NCBI GenBank assembly: GCA_017654855.1 | Contig: CM030337.1 | Span: 3,596,001 to 3,660,000, forward strand | DNA length: 64,000 nucleotides | Direction: 5' to 3' | Source: Podospora anserina | Taxonomy: Eukaryota | In this document: positions 49,987 to 61,506 of the stretch, one piece after another | How the letters are laid out: every line of letters begins with the position of its first letter | How positions within the stretch are numbered: position 1 is the first letter of the stretch | Made by a program: the position numbers and the translations under genes | The notes under the pieces: model-generated | What the model was told of the DNA's origin: nothing | Databases searched by the model: none | The model's input: the letters and a program-made list of their open reading frames with translations, nothing else

Positions 49987-51475
49987 ATGGGCGAGATCAA
50001 GGAATCGAGCTTTCAGGGGCCGATCAGGCCACCACTGGCGATGCCCTCTGCGCCGGGAACACCGGGGACACCGGGGACGCCGGGGACGCCGGGGACGCCA
50101 TCGACACCTACTGGCACCAATCCGTCACCCGTCCGGCCGAAGCTCTACCGTCGCCAGTCTCGCTTCACAGAAGAGCCCATGACGGAGAGGACGCCTGCCT
50201 GCTCAGCGTCGATCCACTCCTTTGATCCCTCCGCCCTTGACGACCCAAACGTCAATACTCTCACACACACAAACACCGTTCAGCAATTCCGCACCGCGAA
50301 CAGGACCGTCAGTCGAGACCTAAGCCACAGGAGCAGCAACCTCAGACGGGACCTGAACAGCTTCTCCTTTGGAGGAGCACCAGCAACCCCCGTCCTACAA
50401 GAGGAGTCCCCAACAGCAATATCAAGAACGGGGACTCTCGACCCCCCACCGCAACCCCTATCCTCCCCAACTACAGCAGAGATCCCACCACCATCTGGCC
50501 CTCTCCCACTACATCAATCAGCAGGCCTATCCCCTGAAGAGAAAAGACGGGTTTGGCTCCGGTTAGCAAACTCGGTATTGCACTCCGCGCCGACGTTGGT
50601 GCTGCTGTATATAATGTCCACCTCCATCTCGGCGTTCAGATCGACCGCCAAATTCTCGTATGTTTTTCTGCCTTCTTCATCCCCCTTGACTTACTAACAC
50701 AATCAGCTCCCCGGGCATAACCCTCCTCTCAATCCTCTACCTCGACGCAATCCTCAACATCATCACCTGCTTCCGCATCCGCTCCCCCTGGCCAAGATGG
50801 CGGTTATCCCTCCGCTTTCTTTTCGGGCTAGGGTACATGATCCTCTTTTCCGTGTACATCGGTCTCGGAAATGAGGTTTTCCCGAAGGGGTATACCTACT
50901 GGAACGTGCCAGACAAAATGGCTACACCGCTGGTGTATATCTTTCTCTGGTGGTTAGCCGCGTGGGATCTGGCCCACCTGCCGGTGTGCAGACCGGAGCT
51001 GTTAAGCTGTGCTAGGGAACGGGAGGGACAACAGGAAGCGAGGAGACCGAGTGTTGCCTTGTCGGAATTGCACCCTACCAGCTTCCGGGCTAGGGTCCCG
51101 AGTAGTGTTGGGGGGGAGAGTGTGGTGAGTTATACCTGGAGGAGGTGGGTGCAACGGACCAGGACGCATAGCACGGGGGGTGTTCACTTTCATGAAATGG
51201 GACATAATGATGTGGAGATGGGACCTACCAGGACGAGGACGAGGGAGGGGGATGTCATTGATGAGGGGGAGAGTATTAGTGGGAGGAGGTCGGAGTCGAT
51301 GAGGACGGGGACCGCGCATAGTGGGGAGGTTACACTAAGGGGGGATGAGTTTGAGAGGAGGAGTGGGGAGAAGGAGAAGGAGGCTGAAGCTGGTGGCGCT
51401 GGGAAGAGAGGAGAGGAAGGCGGGCGGCTGGAGGAAAGCCCGAAGACGGTGAGGGCTGCTGATGTTGGGCAATGA
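49987..51475 (+). CDS. Hypothetical membrane protein (disordered N-terminus, ~4 TM; intron ~50658-50706)
   Basis: Two ORFs joined by a GTATGT...CTAAC...CAG intron; central hydrophobic helices. Confidence 0.65.
50053..50100 (+). repeat. 9-bp coding tandem repeat (PGT)x5
   Basis: CCGGGRACR repeated five times. Confidence 0.9.
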
Positions 51476-53087
51476 GGTCGTTTCTTGTGGGGAGGTGCTG
51501 GTTGTGGCTGGGTTTTGCTAGGTCTCGGAGCTGGAACGGTGATAAGGTCTCGACTATCATGACCTGCGGCTTCATCGGACCTGTTGGGGATCTACCATCA
51601 AATCAGCCTTCATCAGCCTCCTCAAGAGCGACACAAGGGGTATTTATTTCGGAGTTGGAACATTTGGCATAGCGTTGTTGTTGTTTGTTTGTTGGCTTGG
51701 GCAAGCGGCGTGGGTTTGAACGGAAGAGATGAAAGACGATCACGAGGTCAAGAAAGACATGCATTTCATACACGATCATTATCATCATCACGATACCCCC
51801 CTTTTTTTTTTTTAGCTCGAACACTTCCTCATTTCCACAAAAAGTATATAAAGTGCATAGCATGTAATTATCATAATAGCCCCCTACACCTCTACTTGTT
51901 ATCATCTAATCCTAGTATAATTTCCACTCCTCTACATAGGTCGTATGAGTAACTCTTGAAACGTTAGCAGTGTGGTACACGAGTATGTTTGCACGTGCAA
52001 AATGACAGTTTTATAAGTCAATCACGCAGCTTTGGGGCCGGAGATCCTCGTGGTCAGCAGCCATTGGTGTAACATTTGTTCAAATCTTCAGCCCAGGTCA
52101 GAGTTGAGGCTAGCCCACGCCGTCGGCGAGTGTAGATCTTGGTAGAAAATTGGTCTCTTTGTGGATATCTCATCTCATTGGCAAACTGCCGTCTGGGCTG
52201 TGAAGTGTGGTTACGCAATTCATCGGTGATAGCAAACGTGAGTTGTTCGGTGGAACCTCGTGTTGAGGGCAGCTCCCAAGCACTTTGGGCTGCGTCTCTT
52301 CTTGGCGGTGCACCGCCGCAGGAAGAAGCCCAGGGACGGCGAAAACTTGCCCGGAGTTCGGGCATGACAAGATGATGGCACTACAGAGCTGATGAGGTCA
52401 GAGGAACCGTTCACAAAAACCACTGTGGACTATCGGTCAAAATGCATTCCAGAGCCAGATATTACCCCGCAGGTTGGTGAGGATGACCACCGCTCCTGTT
52501 CCTAATGCGGCAGTCAAAGGTGCGTGTAAGCGTGCCAGCAGCGGTCCAATCCAATACGCCTTGGATGTCTTGATTACATGTGCGAGTTCATCCGCGAGGA
52601 AGCTTCGCCATGAAGTTGCAGGATTTGATCTGCTCTCAATGAATTGCCCGAGGACTCTCTCTGGGCTCCGGGTTTGCAGATTAGTTGTTGTTCTGCCTTT
52701 TGGTGGTGGTGCTGCGCCTCACAAACCTGTCTGAATAGGAGGCCGTGGTGTAGGACGGGAGGGATCGCCAATAAGCGGACGGGGCCATGCATCGGGACTT
52801 CCCAATAGCGAACCGGGGGTTGTAAGTGCTACCTCTCAGCCTGGCGAGTTTGAGACCCAGCATCTGGATGGTACGTGAAATCTGCCGTGCCTCCAATTAT
52901 AGACAGACCATGCATGTCCTACCCCCTTGCTCGTGGATTGTCCCGATTGACGTCTTTCCTTCCATAGCTGAAGTGTTGTCTGGGTGTATATTATCGTCCG
53001 ACCTACCCCACCTCCTGTGAGGTTGTCTGGTTTACTCGCTATGGTGATACCACCTTGGTCCTGGCAGTTTGTGGCCGCTTGAACAAA

Positions 53088-53822
53088 ATGGCCCCTTTTC
53101 CTCTTGTTACTACTTCTATACTTGATACCCGTGGTGACAAGACCCCGGATACCACGGATAACGCTGTGATATGGATAGTGGTCTCCATCGTTGCCGGCAC
53201 TATTGGTGTCGTGACAGCCCTTACTACACTCGTCGTCTGCTACACCAAGCGTCATCAATACAAAAAGGCAAAGGCAAGAGACCCGTATCTGAGCCGCGAA
53301 GAGTTCAGCAGGAAGAGAAAGTTGAGCGCAAATGACTTGTTCAAAGAGGAGGAGACTTGGAGGGGGCATATGATCCGCAAGTCTCTCGCCAGCCGGTCAA
53401 CGAATACCATCGACCAGCAGCCACAGCAGCATCAACCAGAACCGCAACGGCAGCAACAACCTCAAGAACTGGAACATGTGCCAGGATCAGACCAGCAGCA
53501 GCAACTGCTATCTCCCGCAGCGCTCTCAACAGCAGCGACCATCAATCAGATCGACCAGCAGATTTCCGAGATGGAGCGAAAAGAATCCACGAGGCTGAAG
53601 GAAGACTGGAAGAGGTGGGAAGCCCAGGTTCGACATGAAAGGTCTGCTTCAGGGGAACAGCATCCAGCCATAGCGGCATCCAACAGTGTACCTATCATCG
53701 CTGTCCCTACGCCGCCAAAGCATCGATCCCACAACCGAGTATCGTTCCCAGAGTTGCGCCCAGAGCCGCTGAGGCCCCCGCCAAGAAATCCTGCCCGGTG
53801 TCAGCCGAGTAATGGTGGATGA
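53088..53822 (+). CDS. Single-pass membrane protein of unknown function
   Basis: TM helix VIWIVVSIVAGTIGVVTALTTLVVCY followed by a basic stretch, MIRKSLASR motif and Q-rich/coiled-coil tail. Confidence 0.7.
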   Translation: MAPFPLVTTSILDTRGDKTPDTTDNAVIWIVVSIVAGTIGVVTALTTLVVCYTKRHQYKKAKARDPYLSREEFSRKRKLSANDLFKEEETWRGHMIRKSLASRSTNTIDQQPQQHQPEPQRQQQPQELEHVPGSDQQQQLLSPAALSTAATINQIDQQISEMERKESTRLKEDWKRWEAQVRHERSASGEQHPAIAASNSVPIIAVPTPPKHRSHNRVSFPELRPEPLRPPPRNPARCQPSNGG

Positions 53823-54917
53823 GGGTATAAGCGTAGGAAAGAAGAAAATGGGAAAGAAAACGAAGATGCCGAGATTCATCAAGTATAGCTACAGGCTCCT
53901 CTCGAGGCTTCGAGCGCCGTGGCCATTGCAGCCTCACAGAGGTTGCGTGGTAGTCTGCGAGGAATTCTATGAGAAGACAGTTGGCTGATGCACAAGCCTC
54001 ATTTGTGAAGCATGTATGCATATGAGAGACACTGAGAGACCAGCTTGGTGGCTTGAAGTATAGTGCGCCGCGTACCGGCAAAAGAAAGTGCTGGAAGGAT
54101 CGCGAAGGAGGGAGAACGGAGACGCCAATCCGGTGAATGAGAGCCAATCCAAGAGCAGAAGTCGATAGGACAAATGATGAGAGGGGATTGCATAGATAGT
54201 GAAATAAACCAGATTTCATTCACCAAGCTGCATCTGCCAACCTCTAGAGTGAACTGTTGATGGTGAGAGCAACAAGTGTGGTCATCCCAAAGAGTGGAAG
54301 AAAGCCTTATCAGCTTATCTGGAGCCCGACGATCCGGCAGCCAATGGAAGCGCTCGACCAGCCCCGCCCATAAGGCTGCAAGGTCCGGTTCCGCCTGGTT
54401 CTTCAGTCATTGGCTGACTCAGCGATTTCACTTTCATTCACTTGGAGCCATCGCCCCACAGGGACCTGCCTGCCTGTCCGAGGATTTAGCAGCGGCCAAC
54501 GTCAGTTTCACCGGTCGCCGACTTTCCTTTCAACCACAACTTTCTTTGACGTTGTTCTGGTCAACAGTGTCGTCCACGATCACTTGTTGCACCCTCAAAC
54601 ACCCAAGCATCGCCTTCAAAGTTGAGATATCCCCTCCCTAGCCAAGATCAGCACCGATATCATCGACTACGCAATCAATCTCGAGTCCGGCCCTCGTTGA
54701 CCGCACAGTCGGGGCGGCACTCTTCGGGCTTCTCCGTAGAACCGCAAAGTGCTGCTTGCAAACAGCAACCCGGGCTGTTTCCTCATCGCCGCTACTTTCA
54801 ATCAAAGCTACAACTTGCACGGCTTCTGGCGGTCATTCAACAAACGCCTCCAACCTTAACAGCCTGACGGATCCTTTTCCCCCCGAAGTCATCTATTCTA
54901 CCTACGACTGCATCAAC

Positions 54918-55964
54918 ATGTCGGCCCTTTATCCTCCCCATCCCTCCTCGGCTTCCGGCGAGTACAAGGAGGACTTGAACGCCATCCTCATGTGCGCCGA
55001 GTGCAAAGAGTTTCCGCCTAACTTGATCGAGGAATTCTCATCGGGCGACATGGTTTGCGAGTCTTGTGGATTGGTCCTGGGTGAGCGTATTATTGATACG
55101 CGCTCCGAGTGGCGGACGTTCTCGAATGATGACCAGGGTAACGACGACCCTTCTCGTGTTGGTGACGGTCCCAATTTGATGATCGACGGCGATCAACTGC
55201 AAACGACAATCGCTTTCGACGGCAAAGGTGCAAAGAACCTGTCCCATCTTCAAAATAAGATGACGAACGACAAAGGCTCCAAGCAACTGCTCAATGCGTA
55301 TCGGGATATTCAAAGCTTTACCGACAGCATCAACACGGGTACCCAAGTTGCAAATGCTGCGAAGCACATTTACAAGTTGGTCGACGATGCCAAGGCCCTC
55401 AAGGGTAAATCGCAAGAAGCGATTATCGCCGGATGCATCTTCATCGCCTGTCGACAAGCAAATGCTGACCGTACTTTCCGTGAGATTTATCGCCTCACCA
55501 AGGTCTCCAAGAAGGAGATTGGCCGCGTCTTCAAGCAGCTTGAGACCTTCCTGCAGAAGGCCGGCGGTGCCGATGATATTACCAAGGCTGGGCCATTCAA
55601 CCAGACCTACCAGGCCAAGGCCTCTACTACTGCTGTCGGGCTGTGCGCTCGCTATTGCAGCAACATGGGTTTCCGCAACCCGGTCAGGGTGGAGGATGTC
55701 GCGAGACGTCTTGCCAAGAAGTCGCAACAGGTGGCTGACCTCGCTGGTCGTTCTCCCTTGTCGGTTGCGGCTGCGTGCATCTACATGGCCTCGCATTTGG
55801 TTGGAGAACCCAAGGCCTCCAAGGAAATCGCTGGTGTGGCTGGCGTCAGTGATGGTACGGTGAAGACGGCTTATCGCTATCTTTACCAGGCCAAGGATGC
55901 TCTCCTTACCAAGGAGGAATTTCCAGACGACATGCCCGATGCTTCCAAGCTCCCGGCCAACTAG
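54918..55964 (+). CDS. SUA7: Transcription initiation factor IIB
   Basis: Zn ribbon CAEC...GDMVCESCGLVL, IDTRSEWRTFSND, DPSRVG and two cyclin folds (GRSPLSVAAACIY). Confidence 0.97.
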   Translation: MSALYPPHPSSASGEYKEDLNAILMCAECKEFPPNLIEEFSSGDMVCESCGLVLGERIIDTRSEWRTFSNDDQGNDDPSRVGDGPNLMIDGDQLQTTIAFDGKGAKNLSHLQNKMTNDKGSKQLLNAYRDIQSFTDSINTGTQVANAAKHIYKLVDDAKALKGKSQEAIIAGCIFIACRQANADRTFREIYRLTKVSKKEIGRVFKQLETFLQKAGGADDITKAGPFNQTYQAKASTTAVGLCARYCSNMGFRNPVRVEDVARRLAKKSQQVADLAGRSPLSVAAACIYMASHLVGEPKASKEIAGVAGVSDGTVKTAYRYLYQAKDALLTKEEFPDDMPDASKLPAN

Positions 55965-56878
55965 GAGAAAGTCGGCTCAAAGGAGCCTCTGGCGATTTAA
56001 CCAGCGTCATTACCACCGCCATTTCGTTCGCGGAGATCCGAATTGGTCTCAAGAAGTCGATATTTTAGGATCAACCAGTTGCGGATCGATACATGGCACA
56101 CTACGTCTTATTCTTCCTCCGAACCGATACCGTGGTAAAAGCGGTGCCACCTATCCGGGGAAGCCTGGATCAGACATCAATCTTCAGGAGCGGTGCTCAG
56201 TTCACAAAGGCCGAGAGGCCTGGACTCTTCTGGCGCATTTGCACGCCCACAGCACTTTTCGCCATCAATCGGCGTTCTCTCCATTTGCCCTCTCCTCGCT
56301 TTTTTATTAATGTGCATCAACAGTGGGACATGGCGTTCAGGATGGAGGCTGGTTAGTATGCCCGAGTTTAGCGGCATCAAGATTACGGGAGATAGCTTGG
56401 TCAAACAGAACGCAGTTGGGATTCTTCTCTTTAATGACTGTCTGGAAATGTGCGCTATGCTGTTTTGTTTTGCTGTTGTGGAAGTAAAGTTATCATGTCT
56501 TTTCACTTTTCATTGCATTTATAGAGTAATAATCTCACGATACCACACAGATTTATTTCTATTGATTGTTTATCTATCAATCCAATCCTCGCAACGTGCT
56601 ATGTGCTGTTGAGATCTCTCTTAACAGTGTAAAGTTGCACAGTGTGGACGGTGCCAAGAAGTGACAGCTGCCAAGCCCATTGGGCCCCACATGGTCCCAG
56701 CGACAAATGGCAAGGTCCAAAATCCAAGCTGGCCGTGTCAATCGCGTCTTCCACAAGCAGCCGCCTCCCTCGTTATCATATCTGGGTGTCGCAACTTTTC
56801 CCCAGGACTGCACCGTTTAAAGAGCAAGTCAGCACCGAGGAGCAAACAATCATTCAGATCGCCCCAATAGACGTCGAC

Positions 56879-58727
56879 ATGCCTTCTCGGCGATCCGGTC
56901 GTGCTGCGGCCAAACGCGCTCAGCAAGCGCTTGGTAAGTAATTCACTGCAACAAGTCGCACTCCAAAGCTCCTTCTCTCTTCCAGTCACAGTCTCGGTCC
57001 CAATCCCAGTCCCAGTCCAAACTAGGCGCATCCGATCCCCACCACCACATTGTGGCATACCGTTATCCTGCACTCTGGACACTGCCTTTGACCATCAGGT
57101 TGCTAACCAGTAATCTACCATGCCTACAGAAAGCACCCCCAAGAATTTCGAGGGACTCGACGACGAAGACGAGCCCATGCCCGATGTCGATGCCGATGTC
57201 GAGGCCGACGAGGATGTTGAACCCCCGCAAGATGCAGAAGAGGAGGGTGACAAGGACGAAGACTCTGTTGCCGAAGAGGAAGAGGAGGTGGCCCAAGAGG
57301 AAGAGGAAGAGAAGTCGCCCTCACCCCCACCCGAGCCCGTCATCCGCCGCCGTCGTCTCGGCAGGCCCCCGAAGAATCGCCCGCCTGACTGGGACCAGCT
57401 TCCCATTGAGCGCCCCAATGCCGACTCGGATACTCCCCGTCGCCGTGGCAGAGGGGGTTGGCGAGGCCGTGGTGGTCGCAAAGGCCAATACTCGGCACCC
57501 ACAACACAGTCGATCGATAAAGACGGTACTGTCTTGGATATCGTCAACGACGAGGTCGACCTTCCCGAGGATCCTGAGGGTGAGAAGAAGGTGGACAAAC
57601 TGGGCAACCTTCAGGATGGTCGTGAATACCGCTGCCGCACCTTCACCGTTGCCGGCCGCGGCGATCGTCTCTACATGCTCTCCACCGAGCCTGCCAGATG
57701 TGTCGGTTTCCGCGATTCTTACTTGTTCTTCACCAAGCACAAGAAGCTCTTCAAAATTATCGTTAATGACGAGGAGAAGCGCGACATGATCGAACGCGAT
57801 ATCATCCCACATTCCTACAAAGGTCGCAGCATAGGAATCGTGACAGCGAGGTCCGTGTTCCGCGAATTCGGCGCTTTGATCATTGTCGGCGGACGGAGAA
57901 TCATCGACGACTACAACGTCGCGGCAGTTCGTGAGGATGGGGCTGTTGAGGGCGAGTTGGCGGATCCTAACGACATTTACGACCCTTCGCAGCCTTACAA
58001 CAAGAACCAATACGTTGCCTGGCATGGCGCCAGCGCGGTGTACCACTCCAATGCACCTACTGTTCCGCAGCAAAACGCCAAGATCGACACGAAGAAACGT
58101 AGAGTGGCCGTCAACGACATGAATTGGCAACTTGAGCACGCCCGTGAGGCGAGGTATGTATACTCGCTTACCCGACACCTGTCTCCCGCCCGCCACTGAC
58201 ACCTGAACAGCCAATACAACAGCATCCTGACCGATATGCGCCGCCAGAATGTCAAGGGGGTTTACAACGTCATGACCAACTTGATGCACTATCCCCGCAT
58301 CTCCCAGCCAACCCACGCCAGAATCGAACAGGTTCTCGACAGCGGCAAAGGCGAGGACGCCGAAGAGAGCAGCACATTTCCTCCGCTTGAGCCGTCCATC
58401 TCTCGGAACTTTCTGGTCATGGATACCTACATGGAGACGCCCCCGGCCGGCATCTCGCCAGCCGCCTACGAAGTGCCATTCCGCACGTCCCCTGCTGACT
58501 ACGAAGCTTCAGCAGCTGCCGACCCTCTAGCACCATTTCGAGGACTTTCGGTTATATCTGACGACATCATTGCCGAGTTGCCCCCGGATTGCCGGGCTGC
58601 TTTCGACAAGGCCAGACAAGAAGAGGTCGACTGGTTTAACAAGTGGGGCGATGAAGCCAAGAATACTTCAAGACGTGAGCCAATTGTGGACAAGGCCATT
58701 GTGCCGTATCCTGTGATGATGCATTAA
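56879..58727 (+). CDS. NPL6: Chromatin remodelling complex subunit Rsc7/Npl6/Swp82 family (canonical 531 aa; introns 56934-57129, 58154-58210)
   Basis: DPEGEKKVDKLGNLQDGREYRCRTF, LYMLSTEPARCVGFRDSYLFF, IVTARSVFREFGA, GGRRIIDDY. Confidence 0.92.
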
Positions 58728-58786
58728 TTCATGTTTGGAGGAAGTTTTTGTAACTAATCTTTTTTCTTTTTTTCCTTCTTTTTTAG

Positions 58787-59883
58787 TTCTGGGCTCTGGG
58801 TTTAATACTTTGATTTCTGCGTCTGACTTTGTTGGTCTGCACGAGGGGGAACATGGCCCTGGTATTTTTGCCAGTTTGGAGCAGCCTATTTCTGCTGAGG
58901 GTGCCCAGTGGGCTGGGACACTTTGGCCTCGTCCGCAGGCTCATTATCAGGCTGCTCCCGCCGCAGGGTTCACGGATCAGGAGTGGGCGGGTCTGGGGGA
59001 CCATGGGAGAGCGCAGTTCAGCGTTTAGGAAAGACCTGTGCCCTTTGGTCCCCAGGCCGTTCCTTTCGAGAACACCAACATTGCACCCCAAGGCTTTCCT
59101 GTCGAGAACACCAATAACGCCACCGAGACGAAGCCACCGGCCAAGAGGAAGCGTCAGCGAACCAAGAAGGATGCTGTTCCTGAGCCTCCTGCAGTTCGTG
59201 GTGACTTGTTTCTCGATGCCGCCAGCGGCCTGGTTCCAGTTTCTGCTGGGTCAAAGAAGCGAAGGGGCCGTCCTGCTGTTTCGGCTCGCAGCGTTGTCCC
59301 TAATGCTCAATCTACCCCCGGTCTGCCTCTGCTTTCGCCTGCTCCTGCCAAACACTATGGTGCTGGGGTCTTGAACGGTCACGACTCGGTATCAAGCATG
59401 ATAGGGGCCCGGTTTGCGTCTGAAGCACAGTCTATTGCTCAGTCTGTTCCCGACTTGCCGGTGCTTGCGCCCGCCCCGCCCAACATCCATGGCCATGGGG
59501 TTCTGAACGGTCACGACACGGTATCGAGCATGCCTGGGGCCCAGTTTGCCTCTGAGGTACCGCCTGCTCTGTTGAGTGGAAACGCTATGCCTAATGCTCA
59601 GTCTTCCACTGGTCTGACGATTCTTGCGCCTGCGCCGCCCAACAACCATGGCCATGGTCTTTTGAACGGCCACGACACGGTATCGAGCATGCTTGGGGCT
59701 CAGTTTGCAGCTGAGGCAGCGCCTGCTGTTCCGGCGCCGTCGTCCAATGTTGCAGCCGGGTTCCTGAACGGTCACGACACTGTGTCTAGCATGATCGCGG
59801 CTCAGATTCACTCTGGGGTGACGCCTGCTCCGTTGCCGGATTTGGCTGCTACTATGCGGCCGAGCCCGAGGAAGAGGCGTTAA
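58787..59883 (+). CDS. Cryptic terminal exon of NPL6 with one internal UAG (59026-59028); AT-hook and four LNGHD repeats
   Basis: Preceded by branch point ACTAAT, a long polypyrimidine tract and TAG; in frame with the NPL6 donor GTGAGC at 58675; a single stop in ~365 codons. Confidence 0.65.
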
Positions 59884-61456
59884 GTTCAGGTCCTAGGGTC
59901 TTTGTATGTACTATCACGGGATTTGTGTGGCGTTGTTGGGTTTGGTTTTCTAATTTCTGTTTTTCATTTCCGCCAGGTTCTTCTTTTTATTTTCAATGGG
60001 GCCTCTAGTCAGGAGACTTTGGCATTTTCTTTCTGATTTGGGACTACAAGAAGGCATTTACTTGGGGAAAGAAGAGCTATGGGCGTTGTATCGGGAGGGA
60101 CTTATTGTTTGGGAAATGCGGAAAAGAAAATGGAGGAGAGGAAAATTTGTTGGCTTATGTTGGAGTCTCTCTCCCATATTTGGGCTCCCTGTGTGGTTGT
60201 GAGTGGAATGATGAGCACAACGCATGATAAAGGGAGGGCTGCAGGGAGATGTGTGGACTGTGGATGGGAGGAAATGGATAGGCAGGGGGGGGTTTAGATG
60301 GGGAATGGATGTTGTGCTAGTGTATGTGGGTGTTGCCCTGGGATCAATTTCTGTGACGACTTTGTGAGGGATATGTATGGTCAAGAATTATACTGATGAT
60401 AGACTTGAGAGACGCTCTCTGTCATAAGAGTAAATGTTGATTCTGACCCCCAGCAGCTGTTTGACTTGCCATGTGGCGTGTGCAGTACAAAACACTGAGA
60501 TGTCTAGACGTTTTGGAAGAGCAGAAATACGGAGAAGGAGCAAGATTGTAGGGGTGAGTTTATGGAATATGACAGATCTGATGTATACAGAGATGGAGGA
60601 AGCAGCAGATCATGTATTCTGTCTTGTCCCTCCGACTGTTACCCTTCTGTCGTATTCAGTAAGGTGGCAAAACTGTAAAGCATGTATGTAACTGTGCAGG
60701 ATTGGGACCTGTCCACCTCCATCAACTAGGTACCTTGATCATTGAGGGCCTTCCACCGTTTCGAAGCTCCGAGATTCTGCGATTGGTAAGGGGGGTCCCA
60801 ATCTCCAGACACTGATCACCATAAATATGCCAGAACTGTCGACTACGACACCGGCAGGGTACTCCCGCACAAGGAATTCGGGACCGAACGGTCGATAAAG
60901 GGGTTTCCAAGAGTTCTTCTGGCGGCTGCCAAAATACGAATCATGCATCTCTGCCCAAGGCTTGCAGCTAGGTTGGTCTTTTGACGCGGGAGGATGGCAT
61001 CCAATGGCCTAGAGGGCTCGATCGAGATCTTGCATTATCTGCCTTTTTTCCCCCATGCCCATTCATTTAGATGGTCTGTTCCCTCATCCATGGGCTTGCC
61101 TACCCTCTGCTGTCTACCTACTGGGCTCTGTAAGTCTTTTGTGCAACAGCAAAAGTGCATGTGATGGATGTAATTTGTTGCCGATTTGAAGAGAGCGTGG
61201 TTCCAATCCCTTTGTGGCGGGATATGTCTTATCTCTGAGGCTCATCAGGGTAACGTTGTGAAGCCGTTGGAGGGTGCGGCCTGGAAATGTGTGTCCCTGC
61301 CATAGGCAGAGACTGAATCCTCAGGCACGGAAAGTGAAGCAAGCGTGAGGGAGTTTCGAGGATGTTGATTCTAAGGAACCCCACCATGCCATGGACAGAA
61401 CAACTGGCACTGTAAACAGTCAAGGCAACAGAGGATAGTATCCTGAACCACATATC

Positions 61457-61506
61457 AAAAGATAGTTACGAGGCCTTGAAAGATAGTTAAGAGGCCTTAA
61501 AAGATT
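61457..61506 (+). repeat. 21-bp tandem repeat (~2.4 copies)
   Basis: AAAAGATAGTTACGAGGCCTT / GAAAGATAGTTAAGAGGCCTT / AAAAGAT. Confidence 0.8.

Noticed and set aside
54756-54917. Non-AUG N-terminal extension of TFIIB
   Set aside because: Only an open frame from a TTG; ATG 54918 has good context (CAACATG) and there is no other support.
55962-56000. Stop-loss editing of the TFIIB UAG
   Set aside because: Would add only about a dozen residues; no clear hairpin noticed.
55038-58316. Long antisense ORFs (55038-55796, 57321-58316)
   Set aside because: Shadows of codon-biased TFIIB and NPL6 coding strands.
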